In this document: piece after piece, positions 37,226-49,009 of the stretch
Position numbering within the stretch: position 1 is the first letter of the stretch
How the letters are laid out: every line of letters starts with the position of its first letter
The notes under the pieces: generated by a model
Told to the model about the DNA's origin: nothing
Database searches by the model: none
The model's input: only the letters and a program-made list of their open reading frames with translations
DNA from: Patellaria atrata CBS 101060
Taxonomy: Eukaryota
DNA length: 64,000 nt
Assembly: GCA_010093705.1 (NCBI GenBank)
Contig: MU006110.1
Coordinates: 265,680-329,679 of the forward strand
Reading direction: 5' to 3'
Made by a program: the position numbers and the translations under genes

Positions 37226-37504
37226 GTTCCATATATAGATTCTAGGCGCTGTTTCAAGAAAATTAAGGCATTAGTGGTCTTACGCGGTTATTCTATAATT
37301 AATGTAAGAATGAAGTTTAAAGAATCGTATAAAAAACTTATGAAATACGAGAAACTGAAAACTAAAAGGGGAGGAGGTTGGTGAAGAGCGAAGACCGGAG
37401 AATATGCGGCGTATGATTTGTTAGTGGGATATAAGCTACATAAAACTTGGAAAGAAGCATGTTATATCCGTTGTGGTCTAGTGGTTAGGTCTTTTCACTC
37501 TCAC
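37226..37504 (+). repeat. Captain-upstream segment (repeat of 24811-25070) ending in a tRNA-Glu(CTC)-like 5' half at 37467-37504
   Basis: 23 nt identical to 25048-25070, then TCTTTTCA-CTCTCAC; no 3' half of a tRNA follows. Confidence 0.85.
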
Positions 37505-37940
37505 CTCCTATGCCGGGATCGGTGTTCTAAACTTTTAAAAACCAAAACCAGGAATTTCAAACGATAAAACATGAATCTAAGAGTATCGAAATAAATCAAC
37601 CAGAATATTGGTAAAAGTGCCACTAACACCTATAGAGTCTGTTCTTATGGGCGAATCAACCCAATCCTCCTAAGGCATTCATGGCATCATGCATTGCCAC
37701 AACTTCGTAAAGGGGCGAACCAGAATAACTCATTCCCTGGCATATATTGTAACAGGCTAGAGCCTAGTGGTATGAGCGCGCCCTGCATCCGAAGATCAGC
37801 CAGTAATATTTTCCTCAAACCTGCCTTCAGACTCTTCTCTTCTTCTTTATCTTGATTGTAGATAGCATCTGGACTAGATAGTTGGAACACAATTACTAGA
37901 GGCCGCTCACATACAATCAAGATCATTCAAGTTACTAAGG

Positions 37941-39095
37941 ATGGAACAGAATAACGAGCCTAATACTTTAAGCATCCTACTCGCAGAGATACAAAACCTT
38001 AGGAGCGAGTGTACTGAGCTACGTCGTCAATTTAACGAACGACTCCCTTCCCTAGAGCATCAGCAAACGACTTCCCAATTAGATCCCACAACAACCCCTG
38101 AATCTGATACCCCTCCCCCCTTCGCCGCGATCACACCTGTCGTCACGAAGCCGCGCTATAGCCTCCCCCATCCTCCGAAGTTTAGCGGTGACAAGTCACA
38201 ATGGAGGGGCTGGAAGTTAGAGATGGAAGGCAAGATAGAAGAAGACGCTATAGCCATTGGGTCCCTCCAAGCCCAATTGCGTTATATCTATATGCACCTT
38301 GAGAAAACCGCTAAGACAAACACGACAACATTTTATGAGTTGGAAGTTAAAAAGGATTTACCGAACCCTTATCGGTTACTTGAACGACTTGAAATCCTCT
38401 ATGGAGAGCGGAACCGTAAACAAAAAGCCATCCAAAACCTTCATTCTATTCGCCAACGGGATAACGAGACATTTATGGCTTTCTATCCCCGCTTCGAGAA
38501 AGAGATAGCTAATGCCGATGCTGAAGATTGGGATGATGACTCAAAGATATCCTATTTGCGTAATGCGCTGAGTGAGAGGATGAAGGATAAGCTTGTGGGT
38601 ATTTTAGGAAAGAAAAAGGATACCTATATGGAATTTGCTCAGAGATGTGAAGAAATCAGCAATGATATGGAACTATTTGGGCAGTGGACCAAGGTTAGGA
38701 GTAGTAAAAGTGCGCAGACCATAGATACTGAGACACCACATCGAGACATGATGGAATGGGAACCCACCCCATCAGTATCTACTTTAACCCAAGTCAATAG
38801 CACACGCACCCGTAATAACAAGGATGGATACCCATCTAAAAGACCTGAAGACCAAGCGCTTATAGGAAAACGGGCAAAGTGGGTTGATCAGAGAGAGATA
38901 AATGCTCGTATCCGGGAAAACCGTTGCTTCCGTTGTGGTAGAGATGATTGCAGGGTTAGCACCTACCCACTAGCAGCACCAATTCGACCAAAACAATCTA
39001 CTCATGTTAGCACAGCGGTATCTCCTCGGCCCACTATCACCCAAGCCATGGTGGAGGAAGATGATGATAACACTAAGGAAGACGCAAGCCAATAG
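37941..39095 (+). CDS. Gypsy gag
   Basis: LPHPPKFSGD, retrotransposon gag core, MEWEPT and a CFRCG knuckle remnant. Confidence 0.9.
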   Translation: MEQNNEPNTLSILLAEIQNLRSECTELRRQFNERLPSLEHQQTTSQLDPTTTPESDTPPPFAAITPVVTKPRYSLPHPPKFSGDKSQWRGWKLEMEGKIEEDAIAIGSLQAQLRYIYMHLEKTAKTNTTTFYELEVKKDLPNPYRLLERLEILYGERNRKQKAIQNLHSIRQRDNETFMAFYPRFEKEIANADAEDWDDDSKISYLRNALSERMKDKLVGILGKKKDTYMEFAQRCEEISNDMELFGQWTKVRSSKSAQTIDTETPHRDMMEWEPTPSVSTLTQVNSTRTRNNKDGYPSKRPEDQALIGKRAKWVDQREINARIRENRCFRCGRDDCRVSTYPLAAPIRPKQSTHVSTAVSPRPTITQAMVEEDDDNTKEDASQ

Positions 39096-42000
39096 GGACG
39101 CGCGGCAGCTCGAAGAGAATGGAAAGAAGTTGGAGAAGCAAAGATGGATGGAGACCCCTTTTTAGTGGATATTAGACTCAATGGAACCAAGTTTGTTACA
39201 GGACTCATTAACTCTGGCTGTCTTTGCTACGCTGCAATTAGTGAACAACTTTTCAAATCTTTAAAGCTGCCTCATCTCCGGATTGCACCAAGAAAGCTAG
39301 AAGAAGCTGCTGGAAAGAACGCAAGGCCCTCTACAGTCTTAGATACTGTGACCTATGCTTCAATCGATATAGATGGCCACCAGCAAAAACGTATCTTTTT
39401 CTATGTTATACCAGGCCTTAATCACGAAGTGATCCTTGGAAATCCTTGGTTAGAAGATACCAATTCAATCATATCCGCAAGGAAAGGGTGCTTAGACATT
39501 GGAATATCTAATACCCGTGTCTGGAACCGCGCTAAGAAGTCATACCAGCCACCCCAACTCAAAGCAAAACAAGTCATGGCCACAGTATTTATGGCAGACG
39601 TAAGAAGGAATAGAAGAGAAGCTAAGCAAAGGGGAATTAATATCTATACTAAAGTGCATGCTATCTCTATAGCAGATATTGATAAAGCCTTAAAACCACG
39701 TCAGAGGTTAGACCCTAAGACAAAATTACCACCTCAATATTTTCCTTGGCTGAAGGTATTCGACCATTTCCTAGCAGAGAAGCTACCTCCTTGTCGGAAA
39801 GGTGTTGATTTGCATATTGAGATTGAAAAGGATCAGGATAGTAATGAGAAGGCGGTCCCGTGGGGCCCACTTTATGGTATGGGTCGAGAAGAATTACTTG
39901 TTTTAAGGAAGACTCTTACTGAATTATTAGGGAAGGACTTTATTAGAGCTAGCAACTCACCCGCTGCGGCACCAGTGCTAATGGTAAAGAAGCCTAATGG
40001 AGGTATCCGATTCTATGTTGATTATCGTGGACTGAATAACATTATAAAGAAAGATCGCTATCCCTTACCATTATTCAGCGAAACCCTAAGGAACGTTGCA
40101 AAGGCTCGATGGTTTACTAAACTCGACGTTATTGCCGCTTTTCATAAGATACGAATAGCCGAAGGGGAAGAATGGAAAACCGCTTTCCGGACAAGATATG
40201 GACTTTTCGAGTGGAAAGTTGTTCCCTTTGGATTAACTGGAGCACCTGCGGCATTTCAAAGATACCTGAATAGCATTCTTCAAGATTATCTAGACGATTT
40301 TGTCTCAGCATATATAGATAATATTCTTATCTACTCATCAGGAACCCTTAAAGACCACCGAAATAAAGTTGGAAAGATTCTTCAACGGCTAATGGACGCC
40401 GGACTACAGATCGATATTGAAAAGTGCGAATTTGAGACTAAAAGGGTCAAATATCTTGGGTTTATTATTGAAGCTGAAACTGGGATCCGCGTTGACCCTG
40501 AAAAGATTGTTGCAATACGGGAGTGGGCCACACCGTCATCCGTCAAGACAGTTCGAGGGTTTATAGGGTTTGCAAACTTCTATCGGACTTTTATACCTGA
40601 GTTCTCGGATATTGCAAGGCCTCTTACAGATCTTACAAAGAGGGACGTCCCCTTTCGATGGGATAAGCCTTGTGATGAAGCATTTAAAAAGATAAAGGAG
40701 TTACTTATCACCGCACCTATCTTAGCTCACTTTGACCCAGATATGGAGACACTAATAGAAGCCGACTCGTCTAGTTATGCTACTAGTGGTTTACTTTTGC
40801 AGAAAGATAAGGCAGGTATCTAGAAACCCGTTGCGTATCATTCAAAAAAGCATTCTTCTACTGAAGCCAATTACCCAATTCATGATAAGGAATTACTTGC
40901 TATTATAAGGTGCTTAGAAGCCTGGGAACCGGAGCTACATATGGTTAAGCACTTCACCATTTTGACTGATCATAAGAATTTAAGGTACTTCTACACAGAG
41001 AAGCAGCTATCCGAGAGACAAGTACGATGGTCAGAGTTTCTTGCAAGATTTAATTTCACTCTGGAATGGAAACCAGGAACAAGTATGGGTAAACCTGATG
41101 CGCTATCACGTCGTGAATAGGACCTTCCAAATAACTATAACGACGAAAGGCTACGATCACGTTTTATACAACTCTTCCAGAACAAACATCTTAAGAGCAC
41201 TAGAGTCCTAAATATAAATGCTCTATCAGCTAAAGTTGACTTCTCTAAAGAAGTACCACTCTTTGAGAACGAAGAGATGCAACAGCTCTGGCACCAAAGC
41301 CGATAGGAAGACCAGCTCTACTAGGAGTTGACAGTTCTAGTGGCAAATAAAGGACGAGACCTACCAACAACGCTTCAAAAGGAGAAGTCTGTAAGTATTA
41401 CCGAGTGTACTTTAGAGGATAGAGGCTTGCTACAATTTCGTGGAAGAATCTGGATTCCTGGTAGTGAACCATTGCGTACTCGTATAATCCAAAACATTCA
41501 CGACTCTCACATTACTGGACACCCTAGAAGAGACCTTACTTATACCATTCTATCAAGGCAATTCTTCTGGCCAGGTGCTGCAAGCAATGTTCGACAGTTC
41601 GTCCGGAATTGTGAAGTATGTGGAAGAAACACCATTTGGAGAGAGTCGAAGAAAGGGCTCCTCAAGCCACTACCGATACCAGAACGCATTTGGGGAGAGA
41701 TCTCAATTGATTTTATCACCGACTTACCACCGTCTGGACGGGACAATGCTACAAACTGCATGGTAGTCACTGATCGACTAACGAAAGGAGTTGAGTTAGA
41801 AAGTATGCACGATATCTCCTCTGAAAAGGTTGCACAAAGACTCTTTGAACGCCACTACCCTGTTCATGGTATCCCCAACGCAATCACAAGCGATAGAGGC
41901 CCACAGTTCGTTAGTGACCTATGGAGACATTTCTGCACGCTTTTGAAGATTAAGCAGCGCTTATCAACTGCATATCATCCTCAGACGGATGGCGCAACAG

Positions 42001-42797
42001 AACGAATGAACCAAGAGATTGAGAAGATGATTCGCATTTGGGCAACTTACATGCAGGAGAATTGGTCGGAACTACTACCGATTGTCATGGGAGGAATCAA
42101 TAATCGAGAGTCTTCATCGACTGGACTGAGCCCCTTCTTCTTCATGCATGGATATCATAATGAGCCAATCCAACTTGTAGAAGAACGCACTATCCGGGAT
42201 CGAACAAGGAAAGATGGTGAGGTGCTAGCAGAAGACTTTATTAAAAGACTTCAAGATGCAACAGAATGGGCTCAAGCTGCCATAGCGATGGCACAAGAAA
42301 AGCAACAACACTATGCTAATAAAACTAGAATAGCTTCCCCGAGATATAAAGAAGGCGATTGGGTGTTTTTGAACTTGAAGAATGTCAAAACCCCAAGACC
42401 GTCAAAGAAGCTGGATTGGTTGCACTCGAAGTATCAAGTTGTTAAGCAGGTGAATTCTCACTCATACCAACTCAACGTCCCTGGAAAGATCCACCCAGTA
42501 TTCCATGTAGACCTACTACATCCAGTACCAAGTGATCCCCTACCATCACAACAAGTTAGTGATTCTCAGCCGGGCCCACTATTGATAGATGGGGAACAGG
42601 TATGGCTGGTAGAACGAATTATAGATGAAAGACTTACAAGAGCTGGAAGGAAAAATATCAAGGAAGCTAAGGTGAAATGGGTTGACTACGTAGAGCCAAC
42701 TTGGGAACCAGTTGAAAATGTCCGCAAGACAGATGCCTGGAAGCTATGGGTCAAAATTCAAAAACGTCAAAAGGCCAGGAATATAGACAAATCTTAG
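39096..42797 (+). pseudogene. Gypsy pol (PR-RT-RH-IN-chromodomain) with premature TAG stops
   Basis: Protease LINSG (D>N), RT YIDN (D>N), stops at ~40821, 41118, 41304 and 41322; integrase H..GH..C..C, SIDF, SDRG, TERMN; chromodomain VERII...VKWVDY.EPTWEP. Confidence 0.92.
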
Positions 42798-43239
42798 AGA
42801 GAGAGAGGAGGGGGGTAATGTAACAGGCTAGAGCCTAGTGGTATGAGCGCGCCCTGCATCCGAAGATCAGCCAGTAATATTTTCCTCAAACCTGCCTTCA
42901 GACTCTTCTCTTCTTCTTTATCTTGATTGTAGATAGCATCTGGACTAGATAGTTGGAACACAATTACTAGAGGCCGCTCACATATATTTCTTGGGTTTGA
43001 GTCACTACGATCGTTACAACACTTCTGTGGAGTAATCTATAATGCCTCTATGCCGTGAGCCGCAGAAGTATTCGAAAAGGGGCATCTTATGGCAAAGTAG
43101 AGATGTTGATCAGGAAGCACCCTATTTTCTATATCACTATGGCACTTCCTATGACATCTGATTACTTGTTTAGGAGGTTTATAAATTGAGAGATACCGTA
43201 GATGAGTCGTAGTTCTTTGTCAAGCCTTAACCTTACCCC

Positions 43240-43888
43240 CCTATCATCGATCCCAAAATATCTAAAGAGGACTCGAGCAGCATTCTTTCAGCTGAAGAGT
43301 GGAGCAGGCTTCTTCAAGTCATACTCCAAGAGAATTGGAAAGGATACTGAAGGGGAATGTTTTGGAGACTGCAGGTTTATCCGAAGCCCAAGACACCTGA
43401 TTCTTCACTGCAAACATTACTCCAAGGAACGCAAAATCATGGAGAAGCGGCTAAAGTCAAGAATGACATTAACAAAACTCTTTTGTACAGAGAAGGGGAA
43501 AGAAGTACTCTTCCAATACTTACACAAAACGCAAATCTCAACAGTTAAATGGCTGCTACATAAAAGAGAAATAAATGAAGAAGAACAAGAAACATACTAA
43601 AAATGATAGCATACAGGGGAAAAGCTAGATTGATTATAACGCAGGGAATTGAAGAGCAAAGGATACAGTGGAGTTGGTTCAGTTTTTCTAATGCTTGGAT
43701 TAGACTGCAAAGTTTGGACAACTAGAGAGCTTCGCTCCTCAGACACTCTCACTAGACATATTATTGCCCTAGGATAGGGATTTATGTAGATAGAAGAGCA
43801 GCGCCATAGCCCAATAGGCTACATGCGCAGTATTGTAGATAATGCAATACAATGGATTAAGAAAAAAAATAAAAAAAATAAAAAAAAT
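43240..43888 (+). mobile_element. 5'-truncated LINE copy with an A-rich tail
   Basis: Near-identical to the reverse complement of 7208-7835; tail (AAAAAAAT)n. Confidence 0.88.
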
Positions 43889-44491
43889 CTGCAGCAAAAG
43901 CCATTTCTAGAGTTTTGATTTTGATTTAAAGAGCGATGGACTGCTCTTATGCTAGGACCCGAAGTAATGCAACGGTGGTTACGTGAAAGCCAAGGAACAG
44001 ACAGTTGATGCTGCTTTAGGAATGCGTATTTAGAGGACTTACTGTGGATTTTAAATGCAGGTCCGGGTGTTGGATAAGTGTTGTTGGAATTAGCAAGGCG
44101 CTTGCGCAAAATTTACTCGGTTAAAGTTAGTTTGCCAGAACTTGAAACCACAAAACTCATTTCGTTAAACGAGAAACTTTAACTGTTCTCAGTATAAACG
44201 CGCTTAATTACAACAATGCGTCCAACTATTAGATTGAACTGTAGCACCTAAACCAAGAGCAAAGGTAAAGATGCCCAATAGTGCTACTAAGAAGAAAATC
44301 ATCCGGTGCGCAACTTGCAAAACTACATTTACAAGATAATGGAATCTTCGGCAGCACGAGAAGATTCACTTACCCAACCGTACGCGATATAAGTGCGATC
44401 TACAGGACTGCACTAAAACATTCCTTAGAACAGAGGAGTTGACACGACATGTTAACACAGTAAGTGATTCCTATCGAGATAAGTAGTAGAT

Positions 44492-44844
44492 TGTGAGGGA
44501 CTGGCAAAGGGCTGGAAACTAGTAGTTTTGAGTATCAACGAATATATTAGAACTGGGGATTTCCAGTAGCTACGGATTGGCAATATGATTGTTAAGAAAA
44601 GCACAAGTCATCATGGTAAAAGTCAGTTGGGTTTTTCCTAGGTTCTATCTACGGTCAAACAAGATGGTATACGTGAGCCAAGCTCACGTCGGGCCGATCA
44701 ATCCCCTGCTGGTTACCATCAACGGTGTCCGTCAACCAACCGATCCGTAACAATGATGTTGGTGTTAGCCAAGAGGTCTAATCTACAGATAAGATATGGT
44801 CACGTGACTAGCACAATAATGAGTGGAGCTAAGGAACCGTGACA
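44492..44844. mobile_element. Solo LTR (family D) in intron 1 of the zinc-finger gene, containing a nested LTR
   Basis: TGTGAGGG...CCGTGACA; flanks TAGAT/TATAT; shares GAGTAT.AACGAATATATTAGAACTGG and GGTCACGTG with 45091-45271. Confidence 0.7.
44590..44752. mobile_element. Nested solo LTR (family B relative)
   Basis: TGTTAAG...CGTAACA; TSD ATGAT. Confidence 0.85.
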
Positions 44845-45090
44845 TATATCGAATATATAACATCTTTCCTACATAGGTCCATCTGGATAAACAATTCCCT
44901 TTTCAATGCCGAATTTGTGGGAAGAAATATAATGGAAGCGATATTCTAATAAGGTAAGGTTTGGTATCAGGTTCAATAGTAATAGAAATTGCTAACGGCA
45001 TAGACATTTCAGAAACATCTGCTCACGTATAACCTTACCTAAGCTGGAAGTGAAAAGCGCACTAGACGAGTCCAAACTTTTATTAGGTCT

Positions 45091-45271
45091 TGTAAGGGCA
45101 CGTCAACGTAGTAGATAAACTAACAATATTGAGTATTAACGAATATATTAGAACTGGTTATCTACAAGCTACGAAGGATCGTTGATATGGCCGTTATGCT
45201 AAGGGATCCTATCTGTTAAGATAAGGTCACGTGCTCACGGGACGTGTGTATGTAAGTACCAAACCGTGACA
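45091..45271. mobile_element. Solo LTR (family D)
   Basis: TGTAAGGG...CCGTGACA; flanks GGTCT/GGCCT. Confidence 0.75.
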
Positions 45272-46900
45272 GGCCTTCCTCGCAAAGAGAGCCTTTTTTT
45301 TATGGTTAAGCCAACCGTATCTATGGTTATTTTATCTCTCATGAAGAATGGAATCCTTCCCTACTTTGGGTAGTTCTTGTTACGACGTGCTTCTCGTCTA
45401 CATCACGTGATCTCCCTACCACTTCCACTGACTGCGCCTCTCTATGATCTGTGGCTGTAACAAAATCTTTTCTTAAGAGTTGAATTCTCTTATTATATTA
45501 AGTAAATAGTTGAATTAATCTAGCGACTTTTACGCCACACTAAGACCTTTCGATTACCTTACTGTACTTATCCAGCTAGTTAACTCAGCCACTTCGAGTT
45601 GGGTAGAAATTCAAGAGTTGGGTTAAGTTGAGTCATATAACATGGTTCCGCCCTGTGCGAGGTCTATTAAGTATCTTTTATTATCCAGAAGCCCCATTAC
45701 TTATTTCCTCGTTCGCAAGTGTTTTACGCCAAAACGTTGGCGCAAACTGATCCAGGAAGGTGGGGTAGCGTCTAAACATCTTGTGTCGGGCCTCCATTTT
45801 AAGGCCAACTACAGACAAGACAACACCACTTCGACCTTTGATCTCGAACAGGGCCGAGTTATTACATGCTGTATATGCGGTCAAGCAGCACTTGAAGGGG
45901 TATGTTGTGTATATGGCCTTACTGCCAGCGATGTGCCGAGGCTGACTTGTATTTAAGCTTGATACTCACAACTCGACCTCCCTCTCGAATACGCAGATTG
46001 CGAAACTGCAATAGAGATGAAAAAGGATGTCACAAACATCACGGATGATTGCGAGCTTGAGGGGGAAGCAACAGCACTTGTAAGAGGTTCATAACACCTG
46101 GCAGTCGATATGCGCTAACACTTCATAGCTTGACACGCAAAAGTTGATATCGCTCGAGGCTGGCCTAGAAAGGACGGGGAGTGGCACATATGAAGTTGCA
46201 CCGCCCGAAATCTGCGCAGTATTGGTCATGGAACGGAGCGGAGATGGAGCCGTCAGGGTTACAGGTGGTAGTGAGGTAGATGATAATATTGTGACCAGTC
46301 CAACAAAGTCGCCTCGCAAGTGGATTATCATAGTGAAGGAGGGGCAGACATGTGTAATACTTGGACGGCCTGGATTTCGCTACTTCTATCAAAGATAGGT
46401 AATTATAAAGCTTCTTGCCTAATTACTGTGACGTTCTTTAGTATCTCGTTGCAAGACCTGTGAGAGAGTTCTAACTTGATATCTGGTTCCCCTGACGACT
46501 TAAATGTTAATGTTCCAGATAGCAATGGAAATGCATTATATAGGCACGACAGTTCCACTGTTTTGCAACCTCCGTCGTATCTTAACAAGAAGTCAAATAA
46601 GTCCTTAGTGTGCATTTTTACTTTGAAGCCTTTCCTTCTGTCTGAAAGCAGGCCATCTAAATTTGATCAGCCTTGATCTGATGACTCCTCGAATGTATAT
46701 ATTCATGAGCTCGTTTTACTAATTACTTAACTTTAATGATGATTTCTCATTTAATCCACCTTTAGAGTCTATCTTCTGCCGGCTCATAACAGGGGTCGGA
46801 GGTTCGACTCCTTTCTTTCTCCAGAGTAAAAATAATTTTCGAAGGGTTTGAGACCTGTATTCTGTCGTAGATGTTGGCAAAAGAAAAGATAGGATGGGCG

Positions 46901-46980
46901 AGGTGAGATGGGGTGAAATAGGGTGAGATAGGGTGAGATAGGGTGAGATGGAGTGAGATGGGGTGAGATAGGGTGAGATA
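46901..46980 (+). repeat. 10-bp minisatellite (GGGTGAGATA)n, ~8 units
   Basis: Directly visible tandem units. Confidence 0.9.
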
Positions 46981-47130
46981 GATAGACAAGCAAGTTTTAG
47001 CAGGAAAGTATCCTAAGGTAGAAGTAAGTGTATCACGCTAACCTTATAGATATCGTACTTCCAAGCCGCAACAATAAACCGATTGCATGTTACATTATAT
47101 TAGTAAGGGTGGGTTATGAACGGCGGTATA

Positions 47131-47210
47131 AGATTGGGTGAGATTGTGTGAGATTGTGTGAGATTGTGTGAGATTGGGTGAGATTGGGTGAGATCGGGTG
47201 AGATTGGGTG
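47131..47210 (+). repeat. 10-bp minisatellite (AGATTG(G/T)GTG)n, 8 units
   Basis: Directly visible; same GTGAGAT core as 46901-46980. Confidence 0.9.
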
Positions 47211-48135
47211 ACGGACTTCCTACTAGGATTGACATTGCACCTGGTTGAATAACAATGATACAGTAAATGCACTGGTAATCAGAACATACTGATTGTATAC
47301 AGTGTGATTCATATTAAACATAACTTACCTATGTTGCAGGCGAATGGCTCACATCTTGAAATATCACAACCATTGAATATAAAAGGGGCGCTGCGTGAAA
47401 ATAATAAGCTTCATTAACCAACTACTCCGCGAAAGAAGGCTCAGACTACACTTACTTCAGCCGAAAAACTAAAAAAGCACAGTACGTTTCATTCTATTCG
47501 TTTAGTAAATTCAGAACGTTTACTAATTTTTCCCTGTCTAAGATGTGTGAGAAGACAGTGTCCCTGAAAAAATGGGCGTGTGGCGATGAGGAGGAAGAAG
47601 AAGTCAAATTTGAATCTTGCGGCGATTTGAGCAAACCTGGTCATACAGTTAAAATTAACACTCTGGGCTCTAAACGCGTTGGAAGTAAATGCGGGAAGTT
47701 CGGCTGCCGCAACCCCTAATGGAATCAATAATCCGTGAGCACCTTCTCTCCAGAACGGTTCTCAACGCTAACAATCGCAAAGAGAGATCTGGATACCTTA
47801 CTTGGTGGGGTGATAGGATTGAGCGATTGGGGTACTTTTACGCATGGAAGACATGCAAGGCCACATTCATTAGCAAGCGATTATTGGACGTTATTGTTCA
47901 GCTTGTAGTCACTCTCCTTTAAAGATATAAATGCTATAAATAATGTAGTATTTATCGCCTAAATTCTCATGCTCTTGTGACTTTCTTACCATCTCGGAAA
48001 AGGCTAAATGGGTTGGTATGATGCGCACGTGATTAGTGAGACGTTCCAACATCGCATTCAAAACCGCAACTCTCTTCCTCATTAACTACCACAAACCATT
48101 CCATTCTTAAACACAAAGTACTCTCACACCACAGA

Positions 48136-49009
48136 ATGGAGTCTCTACCATACCACGGTTCTACCTCGGACTTCTTCCGCTTTGATACCGGCCGGATCAT
48201 CAAATTGCCTATGAAGGTTTGGGAAGGAAACCCAAACCACCAAGAGTTAGAGGAAGAAATGGAGAGAGCTATATCCTTCGAACGAAAGATTTTAGAAAAA
48301 CTAGGTAGCCATTCTAGGATTGTTCCGTTTGTTTTCCCCCCAACCATATATAGCCGCGAAGCTAAGCGTCCTTCACAGATATCTAGGAGCTTATGATAAG
48401 GGCATTCTGCTTAGAGAAGCAAGCCATGGAAACGTACAAACATACCTCAATTCCAACCTCGCGGTAATCGATAATTCTCTACGCTGGAAATGGTCTCTGC
48501 AAGCTGTTGAAGCTGTTGTATATATACACAGCGCGGGCGTAATACACTCGGACCTGCGACCCGAAAATTTCTTAGTACATGCTACAACTGAACTATCGCT
48601 AGACCTCTGGCTCTGCGACTTTGGCGGAGCGAGGTGTGATAAGCTGGGATTGAATGTCCACCACCTACCCGACGATCCGTTTTTTGACCCCCGATTGCCG
48701 TGGGTTTCCACACCGGCAGTTGATATCTTCAGTTTGGGGTCTATCATTTACACTATCCTCACAGGACACTGGCCGTATAGAGAGGGGTTGCCCCCGGTAA
48801 CTATGGAGGAGAAATGCTCATATGAGTCCAACGTGAACAAGATGTTTGAAGCGGGTGTCTTCCCAGATGTCTCCAGGCTGAGAGGCGGCAGAGTGATCAA
48901 AGGATGCTGGGACCACCAATACCAAACGGCTGAGGAGGTACTATTAGCTATTAAGTCGGAGATGGCAGTGCTGAATTGCAAGTCAGCCAGAAGGGCGGAG
49001 ATGCTCTAG
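48136..49009 (+). CDS. Small protein kinase-like protein; exons 48136-48326 and 48379-49009
   Basis: IIK, ERKILEKLGSHSRIVPYLG, IHSDLRPENFL, CDFGG, DIFSLGSIIY. Confidence 0.85.

Larger units (their letters stand above)
37748..42982 (+). mobile_element. Full-length Ty3/gypsy chromovirus-type LTR retrotransposon (5235 bp), internally mutated
   Basis: Identical 164-bp LTRs (37748-37911, 42819-42982); TSD TATAT; PPT at ~42796-42816; gag, PR, RT, RNase H, IN and chromodomain present. Confidence 0.97.
44271..45373 (+). pseudogene. Three-finger C2H2 zinc-finger gene with a premature stop and LTR insertions
   Basis: CATCKTTFTR*WNLRQHEKIH, CDLQDCTKTF..EELTRHVNT/VH and CRICGKKY....L..H run across GT-AG introns; 3' end approximate. 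Confidence 0.75.

Noticed and set aside
45642..46676. Short ORFs on both strands
   Set aside because: No recognisable motifs and no consistent gene model could be built by eye.
46901..47210. CRISPR array or telomere repeat
   Set aside because: No unique spacers, eukaryotic context, and the unit is not TTAGGG.
48136..49009. Spok-like meiotic driver (nuclease plus kinase)
   Set aside because: The kinase is stand-alone; no fused nuclease or coiled-coil architecture is seen.
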